From the sequence record CP113993.1: a DNA stretch of 64,000 nucleotides. One strand, written 5' to 3'. The notes beneath the pieces were generated by a model. The model was not told the origin of the DNA. It searched no databases and saw nothing but the letters and a program-made list of their open reading frames with translations. Source of the stretch: a plasmid. The translations under genes and the position numbers were made by a program. Positions 18,410 through 30,700 of the stretch are shown here, piece after piece (position 1 is the first letter of the stretch; each line of letters opens with the position of its first letter).

Positions 18410-19690
18410 TCAATCAATTGCGCTTGTCATCAGTTCTCTTGCCGAATACAGCCGGATATAAGCAACCCACGCCGCCAGCAACGTGAATGCCCCGGCAAAC
18501 AGGAAGCAGGTCGCATAGCCAAAATGTTGAGCAACAACGCCACCGATAACGCCTGCCAGAATGGCGATTGCCGCGTCAGTACATTGAAAGAGGGTGAAGT
18601 CGACACCGGCCTGCAAAGGCGATGAAAGCGACATCAGCGTGGCGTAAAGACAGACCAGCGCGCAGGCCAGCGAAATGGACTGGACAATGACCAGACACTG
18701 GAGAATCGGCAGCAACAGATGACCCGGCACCATCATGAGCGTCATCACCACCGCCAGCAGCGCGATCCCCTGGACGCCATAAGTCATCAACAGCGCTCTG
18801 CCGGGTGAGGTGTATTTCATCAGCAATCCACCGGCCAGCGTTCCTGCTATGCCCGCTGCAATATTGCCGCCGCTAAACAGCGCGCCCAACGCGGACATGC
18901 TTAACCCATGATCCAACAACAGCGGTGCCAGAAGAGGCAGCACAAACCGCATGCCTGAATTCAGCATCAATACCAGCAGTAAGCCCAGGCGCGCCTGTTT
19001 CCTCCGTAGCGCATAACCTAACGCCGGAATATGCGGGATAGTCTCTGTTCGCGTCGGCTCCGTAATGCGCCACAGCGGGAGTGACAGCGCCATAATCAGC
19101 ACCGCCATCATCAGCATGGCGACAGGCCAGCCGGATGCTGCCGACAGCATCAGGAACACCCCGCCGCCGCACATCATGCCCAGATAGCTGCCGCCGACCT
19201 GCACGCTGTTTCCCCAGCCGTAACCCGCACGGGTCAGTTGATCGACGCAAAAGCCGTCGCTGGCGATATCAATGGTGGAGGCGACCGTACCTGCCACCAT
19301 AAACAGAACAAATAACGCGACGATTTGCGTATCGGGAAATCCCCCTTCTCGCCCGAACCAGCCAATCGCTGCGGCAATCGTCAGGATCGCCGCTAGCGCG
19401 ACCTGACCACGCAGGATTAACATGCGGGAACGGCGTTCCGGGCTACCGGGCGGAAGCCGCCAGCGTTCGATCCACGGCGCCCAAATAAACTTCAGCGCCC
19501 AGGGTAGCATAAACAGGGTTGTCGCACCGGCAAGCGCCAGCGAACCGCCAGCAGCGCGCACCAGCGCGGGTAAGGACTGCATAGACAGCGCCGATACCAG
19601 ACTCTGCGTCACATAGACGCCGGCAATAGCAAAAATCACCCGCCCGGTCGTCAACGTCAGCGGTTTCACATTCGACTGAACATCACTCAT
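18410..19690 (-). CDS. ybtX: YbtX (Irp8), MFS-type inner-membrane protein of the yersiniabactin operon
   Basis: Start MSDVQSNVKPL overlaps the ybtQ stop (ATGA). It has 12 predicted TM segments and the conserved HPI gene order. Confidence 0.88.
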   Translation of the reverse strand: MSDVQSNVKPLTLTTGRVIFAIAGVYVTQSLVSALSMQSLPALVRAAGGSLALAGATTLFMLPWALKFIWAPWIERWRLPPGSPERRSRMLILRGQVALAAILTIAAAIGWFGREGGFPDTQIVALFVLFMVAGTVASTIDIASDGFCVDQLTRAGYGWGNSVQVGGSYLGMMCGGGVFLMLSAASGWPVAMLMMAVLIMALSLPLWRITEPTRTETIPHIPALGYALRRKQARLGLLLVLMLNSGMRFVLPLLAPLLLDHGLSMSALGALFSGGNIAAGIAGTLAGGLLMKYTSPGRALLMTYGVQGIALLAVVMTLMMVPGHLLLPILQCLVIVQSISLACALVCLYATLMSLSSPLQAGVDFTLFQCTDAAIAILAGVIGGVVAQHFGYATCFLFAGAFTLLAAWVAYIRLYSARELMTSAID

Positions 19691-21485
19691 GCACCCACTC
19701 TCCAGATGCGGAAACCCCTTCGTCGCGCCACGCGCGCGCGGCCATTTGCGCCTGCCACAGCGCCTGATAACGTCCATGACGGGAGAGCAATTGCGCATGA
19801 GTACCCTGCTCAACCACCTGTCCCTCTTCCATCACCAGAATGTTTCCGGCCCCGGCGATGGTGGATAAACGGTGGGCGATGATAATCACCGTCCGGTTGT
19901 GAACTAGGTTATCGATCGCTTTTTGCACCGCCAGCTCGCTTTCAATATCCAGCGCGGCGGTCGGTTCATCAAGAATGACGACCGGCGCGTTTTTCAATAA
20001 CGCTCTGGCAATGGAAATCCGCTGGCGCTCGCCGCCCGATAGCTGGCCACCCATCTCCCCCAATGGCGTCAGCCAGCCCTGCGGAAGACGGGAAATAAAC
20101 TCAAGGCACTGTGCCGCGCGGGCGGCCTCTTCCACCGCCTGTCGCGTCGCCTGTGGGCGCGCGATACGGATATTCGCCAGCAGCGTGTCATCAAACAGCC
20201 AGACATCCTGGAAAACAACAGAAATCAGGCTATTGAGCTGTTCCGGCGTCAGGCGGCGAATATCGACGCCGCCAATAGAAATCTGCCCTTGCTGCGGATC
20301 GGCATAGCGCATTAACAGTTTAGTGACCGTGGTTTTGCCTGCGCCGGAGGCACCCACCAGCGCGCTCATACTGGCTGCCGGGAACGTCAAAGAAACATTA
20401 TTAAGCGCGTGACCGTCGCCTTCTTCGTAGCAATAGCTGACGTTGTCAAAGCGGATATCGTAACGTTCCGGCATCTCGTTTTGCGCTGCGACGGGAAGCG
20501 GTGCTATCGCCATAAACTGCTCAATTCGTTGCAGGGCGCTGGCGATCAGTTCCACAACCGAGGTGTAGCTGATAAACATCGCCATCGGCTCTGCGAAGCG
20601 CATAATCATCGCAACGGCAGCAATCAGAAAGGCGAGATTCAGATTGCCCGTCACCACCCAGACGATCCCGGATAACACCACCACCTGTAGGCCCAACTCC
20701 ACGACGCTGGCGATCAGCATCGTCGCGCCAGCGCCCTGACGGTGAGTGCGGGTCTGCAAGTTTTCCAGCGCATTGAAATGCGCCAACAGCGCCCGGCTTT
20801 TATCGGCATCGCTGCCGCAGGTGCGCAATACCATCATCCCCTGAGCAAATTCAACGATATCGCCACTCAGTCGCTGGTGCGCTTCCCCCAGCGTCTGCAT
20901 TTGTCGCCGCATCGCCGGGCGGCGCCAGTAATAAAACGGCACCAGCAGAGGGAAGATCAGCAACATCACCAGCCCCAGCCGCCAGTCTATCCACCATGTC
21001 GCCAGCGACGCCGTCAGCGGCGTGATAATGGTGAGCAGCAAAATATTGGCTATAGCAATAACATAATTGAGGTTTTCATCCACGCTGCCCAGCAGCAAGG
21101 CATTCATCTCGCCCGCCCTGCCGCGCTGGAGCTTCTCCAGCGGCACGCGGCGTAATTGCTCGCCAAGTCGCAGGCGCAACTCATGGGTGGCCTGCGCCAG
21201 ATGACCACGGTATTCAAAGCCCAGGCCATACCAGCGTAGCGCCAGCGTCACAATAGTGGCAACGCTGAAGGCCACAGCCCAGTTAAGGAGTTGCGGCGCG
21301 TCTCCCCGTAACAGCGCATCAATGATCGGATAAAGACAGGCAAAGGCAACCCCCTGCATGAATGCCGCCAGCAACAGCGCCAGCATACTGCGCCTCAGCA
21401 TCCTGGCCTGACTGCCAACGCTGGAGATAAGCTGGCGCCAGATGACGCGCCAGGCCAGGTTATCCGCAGGATTATTGTCTTTCAT
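19683..21485 (-). CDS. ybtQ: YbtQ, ABC transporter (permease-ATPase fusion) for ferric-yersiniabactin import
   Basis: Near-identical to Yersinia YbtQ as recalled (MKDNNPADNLAWRVIWRQL...). Walker A GASGAGKTT and signature LSGGERQR are present. Confidence 0.92.
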   Translation of the reverse strand: MKDNNPADNLAWRVIWRQLISSVGSQARMLRRSMLALLLAAFMQGVAFACLYPIIDALLRGDAPQLLNWAVAFSVATIVTLALRWYGLGFEYRGHLAQATHELRLRLGEQLRRVPLEKLQRGRAGEMNALLLGSVDENLNYVIAIANILLLTIITPLTASLATWWIDWRLGLVMLLIFPLLVPFYYWRRPAMRRQMQTLGEAHQRLSGDIVEFAQGMMVLRTCGSDADKSRALLAHFNALENLQTRTHRQGAGATMLIASVVELGLQVVVLSGIVWVVTGNLNLAFLIAAVAMIMRFAEPMAMFISYTSVVELIASALQRIEQFMAIAPLPVAAQNEMPERYDIRFDNVSYCYEEGDGHALNNVSLTFPAASMSALVGASGAGKTTVTKLLMRYADPQQGQISIGGVDIRRLTPEQLNSLISVVFQDVWLFDDTLLANIRIARPQATRQAVEEAARAAQCLEFISRLPQGWLTPLGEMGGQLSGGERQRISIARALLKNAPVVILDEPTAALDIESELAVQKAIDNLVHNRTVIIIAHRLSTIAGAGNILVMEEGQVVEQGTHAQLLSRHGRYQALWQAQMAARAWRDEGVSASGEWVHE

Positions 21486-23274
21486 TTTCCACCACCTCTT
21501 CCTGTGTTCCACCCGGCACCCAATGCTGCGCCTGCTGATAGTGTTGCCAGAGCCGTTGATACAGGCCGCCCTGCGCCAACAGTTGCGTATGGTTCCCCAT
21601 TTCCCTGAGCTGTCCGTCGGAAAACAGCAATATCACATCGGCCTGAGTCACCATTGAAAGACGATGCGCGACCATGATGACCGTCCGGCCGCGCATGGCC
21701 GCCGCGAGCGCCTTGATAAGCGCCGCTTCGTTTTCCGGGTCAGCAAACGCCGTCGCCTCATCGAGCACCAGGATGGGGCGATCCTGCAAAATCGCCCGGG
21801 CAATAGTGATGCGCTGCCGCTGGCCGCCGGAGAGAAATACCCCGCGTTCCCCGACTCTCGTGTTGTAACCTTCTGGCAACACGCTAATAAAATCATGGGC
21901 CTGCGCCACTCTGGCCGCCGCTATTACCGCCTCCAGCGGCGTATCCGGCGCGCCCAGACGAATGTTATTGGCTATCGTGTCGGCAAAAAGGAAGTTGTCC
22001 TGAAACACAAACGAGAGTTGCTTCATCAGGGTGTCCGTCTGCATATCGCGCAGATCCACGCCGCCAATACGGATATGGCCTTTGTCTGGATCGGCGTAAC
22101 GCAGCAGCAAGCGCGCCACGGTGCTTTTTCCGGCGCCGCTTGGCCCGACCAGCGCCACAATTTGCCCGGCAGGCACATGAAAGCTTACCTCCTGCAACGC
22201 GGCGCCAGTACGCGCTTGCGGATAATGAAAGCTCACCTGCTCAAAGGTAATGCTCGCCTCTTTCGGCTGCTGGTCGGACAGCGGCAGCGATAACTCCGGC
22301 ATCGCGAGTACCTGATAAATACGCTGAATGCTTAAACGCGTTTGCGCGACCAGGTTATTGAGCATCATCATTGGCATCACGGCTTCGGCCATCCCGCTGC
22401 CCAACAGTAAAACGGCCACCCACGCAGTAAAATCGAGACTGCCATAGTGCAACAGGCCGTACCCCGACCAGATCAGGACAACCAGGGTCGGGAGAGGATT
22501 CAGAATCGAGAAGGAAAAACGCGCTGAAAAACCGGCTTTGTGATACCAGGTTTTGAGCACATCGCCCCACTCTTCAAGGGCGCGTTGATAGCGCAAAAAA
22601 CTGGTGCTGCCGCTATCAAACGTTCTCACCACGGGCATGGCCTGCACGAACTCAATAACCGCCGCACTGACCTGCTCGCGCGCCTTATGATAACGCTGAG
22701 CCATATCTTCCGAACGCTGGCGGGCGAGCACGAGAACAACCGAGCCAAACGCCAGTACCCCCAGCGTCGCGATTGCCAGCCGCCAGTCCAGCCAGAACAA
22801 GATAACGATTGTCGCCAGCGGCATGATGATCGCGCGGGCATAGAGCGGCGTGCTGTCGGCCACAAAGATATGCAGTGACTTCACGTCATCCAGCATCACT
22901 TTCGCCACTGACCCGCTCCCCATTTGCTGTAACACGCCAGGCGGAAGCTGCAATGCTTTACGGGCTAACCTGCTGCGCAGAATATTCTCCAGATGAAAAG
23001 CCGCGTAATGAGAGGTGTTGAACGCCTGCAAGCGCAGAACAAAAGTTAAGACCACGCAGCCGATCACGCCGCCCAGCGGCCAGGCCGGAATAGCGTCAGG
23101 CGTCGCGCGAAGGTCGCGCAGGCTCCACGCCAGAAAAAGGAGCGCTCCCAGGCTGGTTAATGCCGCCAGCCCCGCCAGCGCCATAGCTAAAATAACCTTC
23201 CGGCGAACCGGTGTAATCACCTGCCAGAGAGGAAATCGGGACAGCGATTCAGTATTGGATGATTGAGATGACAT
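21472..23274 (-). CDS. ybtP: YbtP, ABC transporter (permease-ATPase fusion) for ferric-yersiniabactin import
   Basis: 600 aa; Walker A GPSGAGKST and signature LSGGQRQR. HPI order ybtP-ybtQ-ybtX-ybtS. Confidence 0.92.
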   Translation of the reverse strand: MSSQSSNTESLSRFPLWQVITPVRRKVILAMALAGLAALTSLGALLFLAWSLRDLRATPDAIPAWPLGGVIGCVVLTFVLRLQAFNTSHYAAFHLENILRSRLARKALQLPPGVLQQMGSGSVAKVMLDDVKSLHIFVADSTPLYARAIIMPLATIVILFWLDWRLAIATLGVLAFGSVVLVLARQRSEDMAQRYHKAREQVSAAVIEFVQAMPVVRTFDSGSTSFLRYQRALEEWGDVLKTWYHKAGFSARFSFSILNPLPTLVVLIWSGYGLLHYGSLDFTAWVAVLLLGSGMAEAVMPMMMLNNLVAQTRLSIQRIYQVLAMPELSLPLSDQQPKEASITFEQVSFHYPQARTGAALQEVSFHVPAGQIVALVGPSGAGKSTVARLLLRYADPDKGHIRIGGVDLRDMQTDTLMKQLSFVFQDNFLFADTIANNIRLGAPDTPLEAVIAAARVAQAHDFISVLPEGYNTRVGERGVFLSGGQRQRITIARAILQDRPILVLDEATAFADPENEAALIKALAAAMRGRTVIMVAHRLSMVTQADVILLFSDGQLREMGNHTQLLAQGGLYQRLWQHYQQAQHWVPGGTQEEVVENERQ

Positions 23275-23350
23275 GGGAGTGACTGAATTTCCTGATGAAT
23301 TTTTACGGACGCCAAAAACGACAATTCAGGGTGGCGTTCTGAGAATTAAT

Positions 23351-23374
23351 GTGAATAATAAGCATTATCAATAA
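23351..23374. promoter_or_regulatory. Fur-box-like sequence in the ybtP promoter region
   Basis: GTGAATAATAAGCATTATCAATAA resembles GATAATGATAATCATTATC. Confidence 0.45.
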
Positions 23375-23434
23375 CTCTTCTACCCCATTCGGTTCTATTT
23401 ATACCCTAAATAGTTCGAGTTGCAGGAAGGCGGC

Positions 23435-23600
23435 AAGCGAGGGAAGCCCCAGGAGCTTACAGAAGTAAGTGACTGGAGTGAGTGACAAATCTGTCTGGAA
23501 CAGATTTGAACGCCGCTTGCGGCGGCCCGTAAGGGCGAGGCCCAGGGATGGGCCGAGTAACCCGTAGCCAACGCACATGCAACTTGAAATATGACGGGTA
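23435..23600. repeat. ERIC (enterobacterial repetitive intergenic consensus / IRU) element in the ybtP-ybtA intergenic region
   Basis: Contains CCCCAGGAGCTTACAGAAGTAAGTGACTGGAGTGAG and ...GCAACTTGAAATATGACGGGTAT, matching the ERIC1R and ERIC2 primer-site regions, with an internal insert. Confidence 0.6.
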
Positions 23601-23641
23601 TATGCCCGCATTGGTCTAAGCCACAGGGAGATAACCAGGTC

Positions 23642-24601
23642 ATGACGGAGTCACCGCAAACGCAATCTGAAATCTCTATTCACCAGTTGGTGATCGGGAA
23701 ACCTGCAAACGATGGCAATATTCCTGCTCAGTGTGAACTGCTGCGCTGTTCGTTGCAGGAAGGTATGGATATTTTGCTCTGGAGGGGCCATTTTGCGCGG
23801 CCTGAGACGTTGCAGCTACACGACGATCTGGGCAGGATTAACTTCTCATGCATCCTGGAAGGCACATCACGCTTTGCAATTCAGGGACTCAGGCGCCACA
23901 CCGACTGGGAGCTTGCGCGCAATCGCCATTACATTACCCATACACCAGACTGCCGCGGCAGCGCCTCCTATTGTGGCCGATTCGAGAGCATTACCCTTTC
24001 CTTCAGCCCTGAAACCCTCGCGCTGTGGGTGCCGGATATTAACGCGGTCATTAAGAACAAGATCGACTCCCAATGCTGTTGCCAGCAGCAGCGTTGTAAT
24101 GCTGAAACCCACTTAACGGCTCAGACTTTACGTCACGCGCTGATGCGCATGCACGGCGGCTTCAGCCATGAACAAAAGCCGTCGACGCTATGGTTGCAGG
24201 GGCAAAGTCTGGTCATGCTCAGTCTGGTGCTGGATGAACATCGCGAAGACGCCAGTTGTCTCTCCTGCCACTTCAACCCGATGGAACGCCAGAAACTGCT
24301 GCGGGCGAAGGATCTGCTGCTGGCTGATCTGACGCAAGCGCCGGGCGTCGCGGAACTGGCCAGAGAGTCCGGTCTGAGCGTTCTCAAAATTAAGCGAGGC
24401 TTCCGCGTTCTGTTCAACAACAGCGTCTATGGCCTGTTTCAGGCTGAACGAATGCAGGAAGCCAGAAGACGCCTGGCCAACGGCAATACCTCCGTCATGA
24501 CGGTGGCAGCCGATCTGGGCTATGCCAACGCCAGCCATTTCTCTACCGCCTTCCAGAAACAGTTTGGCGTAACCCCTTCGACCTTTAAACGCGTGATGTA
24601 A
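23642..24601 (+). CDS. ybtA: YbtA, AraC-family transcriptional activator of the yersiniabactin regulon
   Basis: Start MTESPQTQSEISIHQLVIG matches YbtA. The C-terminus carries an AraC HTH (ANASHFSTAFQKQFGVTPSTFKR). Confidence 0.9.
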   Translation: MTESPQTQSEISIHQLVIGKPANDGNIPAQCELLRCSLQEGMDILLWRGHFARPETLQLHDDLGRINFSCILEGTSRFAIQGLRRHTDWELARNRHYITHTPDCRGSASYCGRFESITLSFSPETLALWVPDINAVIKNKIDSQCCCQQQRCNAETHLTAQTLRHALMRMHGGFSHEQKPSTLWLQGQSLVMLSLVLDEHREDASCLSCHFNPMERQKLLRAKDLLLADLTQAPGVAELARESGLSVLKIKRGFRVLFNNSVYGLFQAERMQEARRRLANGNTSVMTVAADLGYANASHFSTAFQKQFGVTPSTFKRVM

Positions 24602-24633
24602 CCGGGGTCGCGCCCCCATAAACGCCTCCCTGA

Positions 24634-24670
24634 CAGAGGCCCGGATACCCCATCCGGGCCTCTGTTCTTT
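24634..24670 (+). terminator. Rho-independent terminator after ybtA
   Basis: CAGAGGCCCGGAT-ACCCC-ATCCGGGCCTCTG followed by TTCTTT. Confidence 0.6.
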
Positions 24671-24684
24671 CCGCCTGTTACCAA

Positions 24685-24750
24685 CCCGAAACGGGCATAA
24701 ATAAACCCGTTTCGGGTAGCATACAATTGTTAATAATTATTATTCTCATA
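24685..24750 (+). promoter_or_regulatory. irp2 promoter: a YbtA-box-like inverted repeat (CCCGAAACGGG-N10-CCCGTTTCGGG) plus a Fur-box-like AT-rich palindrome
   Basis: The inverted repeat at 24685..24716 recurs upstream of fyuA at 43973..44006. Next to it is TTGTTAATAATTATTATTCTCA. Confidence 0.5.
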
Positions 24751-24791
24751 TGAGCAATGCTTTTCGGTAAGACGTGCCATCAGGAGGAAGA

Positions 24792-27700
24792 ATGATTTCT
24801 GGCGCACCATCTCAGGATTCGCTGTTACCGGACAACCGCCACGCGGCTGATTACCAACAATTACGCGAGCGGCTTATACAGGAACTGAATTTAACGCCGC
24901 AGCAGTTACATGAAGAGAGCAATCTGATCCAGGCCGGCCTGGATTCCATAAGGTTGATGAGATGGTTACACTGGTTTCGTAAAAATGGCTACCGCCTTAC
25001 CCTTCGCGAGCTGTATGCCGCCCCCACGCTGGCGGCATGGAACCAGTTAATACTCAGCCGGTCGCCGGAGAACGCGGAAGAAGAAACGCCGCCCGACGAA
25101 TCATCCTGGCCGAACATGACCGAAAGTACCCCCTTCCCATTGACGCCGGTACAGCACGCCTACCTGACGGGCCGCATGCCGGGGCAGACGCTTGGCGGCG
25201 TGGGTTGCCACCTGTATCAGGAGTTTGAAGGCCATTGTCTGACAGCGTCGCAACTGGAGCAGGCCATTACGGCCTTGCTGCAACGCCACCCAATGCTGCA
25301 TATCGCCTTTCGCCCCGACGGGCAGCAGATCTGGCTACCGCAACCTTACTGGAACGGCGTCACCGTTCATGATTTACGCCATAACGACGCTGAAAGCCGC
25401 CAGCCCTATCTGGAAGCACTGCGCCAGCGCCTGAGCCACCGTCTTTTACGCGTGGAGATCGGTGAAACGTTTGATTTTCAGCTGACGCTCTTGCCGGACA
25501 ATCGCCACCGCCTCCATGTCAATATTGACCTGCTGATTATGGATGCCTCCAGCTTTACGCTTTTCTTCGATGAGCTTAACGCCCTGCTGGCCGGAGAATC
25601 GCTGTCGGCTATAGACACCCGCTATGATTTCCGTTCGTATTTGCTGCACCAGCAGAAGATCAATCAACCACTGAGAGACAACGCACGCGCTTACTGGCTG
25701 GCGAAAGCATCGACGCTTCCCCCCGCACCCGTCTTGCCGCTGACCTGCGAACCCGCCACACTGCGCGAAGTCCGTAATACCCGGCGCCGCATGATTGTCC
25801 CGGCAACACGCTGGCACGCCTTTAGCAACCGGGCCGGCGAGTATGGCGTGACGCCGACAATGGCGCTGGCGACCTGTTTTTCTGCCGTGCTGGCTCGCTG
25901 GGGCGGCCTGACGCGTCTGCTGCTTAACATCACCTTATTCGACCGCCAGCCGCTGCACCCGTCGGTTGGCGCGATGCTTGCCGATTTCACCAATATTCTT
26001 CTGCTGGATACCGCCTGCGATGGCGATACCGTCAGCAACCTGGCGCGTAAAAACCAGCTCACGTTTACGGAGGACTGGGAGCATCGCCACTGGTCCGGCG
26101 TCGAATTACTCCGTGAACTCAAACGCCAGCAGCGCTACCCCCACGGTGCCCCGGTGGTATTTACCAGCAATCTGGGACGTTCCCTCTACAGCAGCCGCGC
26201 AGAATCGCCGTTGGGCGAGCCGGAATGGGGCATCTCGCAAACGCCGCAGGTCTGGATAGATCATCTGGCGTTCGAGCATCACGGCGAGGTCTGGCTGCAA
26301 TGGGACAGCAACGACGCGCTGTTCCCTCCGGCGTTAGTCGAAACGTTGTTCGACGCCTACTGCCAGTTGATTAACCAACTCTGCGATGACGAAAGCGCCT
26401 GGCAAAAGCCGTTTGCAGATATGATGCCCGCCCGCCAGCGCGCAATACGCGAACGGGTCAACGCCACCGGTGCCCCCATTCCCGAAGGCTTGCTGCATGA
26501 AGGCATTTTCCGTATCGCTCTGCAACAGCCGCAGGCGCTGGCGGTAACGGACATGCGTTATCAGTGGAATTATTATGAGCTGACAGACTATGCCCGCCGT
26601 TGCGCGGGCAGGTTAATCGAGTGCGGGGTTCAGCCCGGCGATAATGTGGCTATCACGATGTCGAAAGGCGCAGGACAACTTGTTGCGGTTCTGGCCGTCC
26701 TGCTGGCCGGGGCGGTTTACGTTCCGGTTTCGCTGGACCAGCCTGCCGCACGGCGCGAGAAAATCTACGCTGACGCCAGCGTCCGGCTGGTACTCATTTG
26801 CCAGCACGACGCCAGCGCCTGGTCAGACGATATTCCCGTCCTTGCCTGGCAGCAGGCCATTGAGGCGGAGCCGATCGCCAACCCGGTGGTACGCGCCCCC
26901 ACGCAACCGGCCTACATTATCTACACCTCCGGCTCTACCGGCACGCCGAAAGGGGTGGTCATTTCTCACCGGGGAGCGCTCAACACCTGTTGCGATATCA
27001 ATACCCGCTATCAGGTTGGCCCCGGTGACAGGGTGCTGGCCCTCTCCGCCCTGCATTTTGATTTATCGGTTTACGACATTTTTGGCGTACTGCGCGCGGG
27101 CGGCGTGCTGGTGATGGTGATGGAAAATCAACGGCGCGATCCTCATGCATGGTGTGAGCTGATCCAGCGCCATCAGGTCACGCTCTGGAACAGCGTCCCG
27201 GCGCTGTTCGATATGCTGCTGACCTGGTGTGAAGGTTTCGCCGACGCCACGCCGGAAAACCTGCGTGCAGTGATGCTTTCCGGCGACTGGATCGGGCTTG
27301 ACCTCCCCGCCCGTTATCGGGCCTTCCGGCCACAAGGACAATTTATCGCGATGGGCGGCGCCACCGAGGCGTCTATCTGGTCTAACGCCTGTGAAATTCA
27401 CGACGTCCCCGCCCACTGGCGTTCCATCCCTTACGGTTTCCCGCTAACCAACCAACGCTACCGGGTGGTGGATGAATGGGGCCGGGACTGCCCTGACTGG
27501 GTACCGGGCGAATTATGGATTGGCGGCATCGGGGTCGCGGAAGGCTATTTCAACGATCCCCTGCGCAGCGAGCAGCAATTTTTGACGCACCCGGACGAGC
27601 GCTGGTATCGCACCGGCGATCTCGGCTGCTACTGGCCAGACGGCACAATAGAGTTCCTCGGTCGTCGCGACAAGCAGGTCAAAGTCGGAGGATATCGCAT

Positions 27701-30700
27701 CGAGCTGGGCGAAATCGAAAGCGCACTCAGCCAGTTGGCGGGGGTGAAACAAGCAACCGTTCTGGCGATCGGCGAAAAAGAAAAAACGCTGGCGGCATAC
27801 GTGGTTCCTCAGGGCGAGGCTTTTTGCGTTACCGATCATCGGGACCCGGCACTGCCGCAGGCGTGGCACACGCTTGCGGGAACGTTGCCCTGTTGTGCTA
27901 TCTCGCCAGAGATCTCCGCAGAACAGGTAGCCGATTTCCTTCAGCATCGCCTGTTAAAACTGAAGCCGGGTCACACCGCTGGCGCCGATCCTCTCCCCCT
28001 GATGAACTCACTCGCTATCCAGCCGCGCTGGCAGGCCGTGGTGGAACGCTGGTTAGCATTTCTGGTGACGCAACGGCGACTGAAGCCCGCTGCTGAAGGT
28101 TATCAGGTCTGCGCTGGTGAAGAACGCAAGGATGAGCACCCGAATTTCAGCGGACATGATTTAACGTTATCGCAAATTCTTCGCGGCACCCGCGACGAAC
28201 TGTCGTTACTGAACGACGCGCAGTGGTCGCCGGAAAGCCTGGCCTTCAACCATCCGGCCAGCGCCCCATATATTCAGGAACTGGCGACAATTTGCCAACA
28301 GCTTGCACAGAGCTTACAGCGCCCGGTACGCCTGCTTGAGGTGGGAACCCGCACCGGCCGCGCCGCAGAATCGCTGTTAGTACAGCTCAACGCCGGACAG
28401 GTTGAGTATGTCGGGCTTGAGCAGAGCCAGGAGATGCTCCTGAGCGCCCGGCAGAGGCTCGTCCCCCGGCTTGGTGCCCGTCTGTCCCCCTGGAATGCAG
28501 ACACGCTGGCGGTGCACGCTCACTCGGCGGACATTATCTGGCTCAATAACGCCCTGCATCGTCTGCTGCCGGAAGATCCCGGGCTCCTTGCGACATTACA
28601 ACAGCTTGCCGTTCCCGGCGCGCTGCTCTACGTGATGGAGTTTCGCCAGTTAACGCCGTCCGCCTTGCTCAGCACGCTCCTGTTAACCGATGGACAGCCG
28701 GAGGCCCTGCTGCATAACAGCGCCGACTGGGCGGCGTTATTTAGCGCAGCCGCCTTCAACTGTCAGCATGGCGATGAGGTCGCGGGGTTACAACGCTTCC
28801 TCGTACAATGTCCCGATAGCCAGGTGCGCCGCGATCCCCGTCAACTTCAGGCCGCCCTCGCCGGACGCCTGCCGGGGTGGATGGTGCCGCAACGGATCGT
28901 CTTCCTCGACGCCTTACCGCTGACGGCTAACGGGAAGATTGACTATCAGGCGCTGAAGCGTCGTCATACTCCTGAAGCGGAAAACCAGGCCGAAGCGGAT
29001 TTACCCCAGGGCGACACTGAAAAACAGGTTGCCGCCCTCTGGCAGCAACTCTTATCGACTGGCAATGTCACCAGAGAAACCGACTTCTTCCAGCAAGGCG
29101 GCGATAGCCTGCTGGCGACCCGTCTGACCGGACAACTTCATCAGGCAGGTTATGAAGCGCAATTAAGCGACCTGTTTAATCATCCCCGGCTGGCGGATTT
29201 TGCCGCCACGCTGCGTAAAATCGACGTCCCGGTCGAACAACCATTCGTCCACTCTCCTGAAGATCGCTACCAGCCCTTTGCGCTTACCGACGTGCAGCAG
29301 GCTTACCTGGTGGGGTGTCAGCCGGGCTTTGCCCTGGGCGGCGTCGGCTCACATTTCTTTGTTGAATTTGAAATTGCCGATCTGGACCTCACCCGGCTGG
29401 AGACGGTCTGGAACCGATTAATCGCCCGCCACGATATGCTCCGCGCCGTCGTGCGTGATGGACAGCAACAGGTGCTAGAACAGACGCCCCACTGGGTGAT
29501 ACCCGCACACACCCTCCATACGCCTGAAGAGGCGTTGCGGGCGCGCGAAAAACTGGCACATCAGGTACTCAACCCCGAAGTGTGGCCGGTATTCGATCTC
29601 CAGGTCGGATACGTGAACGGGATGCCCGCCCGCCTGTGGCTGTGTCTGGATAACCTGTTGCTTGACGGTCTGAGCATGCAGATCCTGCTGGCGGAGCTGG
29701 AGCACGGCTACCGCTACCCGCAGCAGTTGCCTCCGCCGCTGCCCGTCACCTTCAGGGATTATCTGCAACAACCCTCGCTACAGTCGCCCAATCCAGATTC
29801 TCTGGCATGGTGGCAGGCACAGCTTGATGATATTCCTCCGGCGCCTGCGTTGCCGCTGCGCTGCTTGCCTCAGGAGGTTGAAACACCGCGCTTCACCCGC
29901 CTGAACGGCGCGCTGGACAGCACGCGCTGGCATCGTCTGAAAAAACGGGCGGCTGACGCCCATCTCACCCCGTCGGCCGTACTGTTGTCGGTGTGGTCAA
30001 CGGTTCTCTCTGCATGGAGTGCACAGCCTGAGTTCACGCTTAACCTTACGCTTTTCGACAGGCGGCCGCTGCACCCGCAAATCAACCAGATTCTGGGCGA
30101 TTTCACCTCGCTGATGCTGCTGAGCTGGCATCCCGGCGAAAGCTGGCTGCACAGCGCGCAGTCACTACAGCAGCGGCTGAGCCAGAACCTCAACCACCGC
30201 GATGTGTCGGCCATCCGCGTGATGCGTCAACTGGCGCAACGGCAAAACGTGCCCGCCATTCCGATGCCCGTCGTCTTTACCAGCGCGCTGGGCTTTGAGC
30301 AGGATAACTTCCTCGCCCGGCGTAATCTGCTCAAACCGGTCTGGGGCATCTCCCAGACGCCGCAGGTCTGGCTCGATCACCAGGTTTATGAATCCGAAGG
30401 CGAACTGCGCTTTAACTGGGATTTTGTCGCCGCGCTGTTTCCTGCCGGGCAGGTGGAGCGCCAGTTTGAACAGTATTGCGCATTGCTAAACCGAATGGCC
30501 GAGGATGAAAGCGGCTGGCAACTGCCGCTCGCCGCGCTGGTGCCTCCCGTTAAATTCGCAGGGCAATGCGCAGAGCGCTCACCGCGCGTATGCCCTGAGC
30601 ACTCTCAGCCACACATTGCGGCGGACGAGAGCACCGTCAGCCTGATTTGCGACGCCTTCCGCGAGGTGGTTGGCGAGTCTGTCACGCCCGCAGAAAACTT

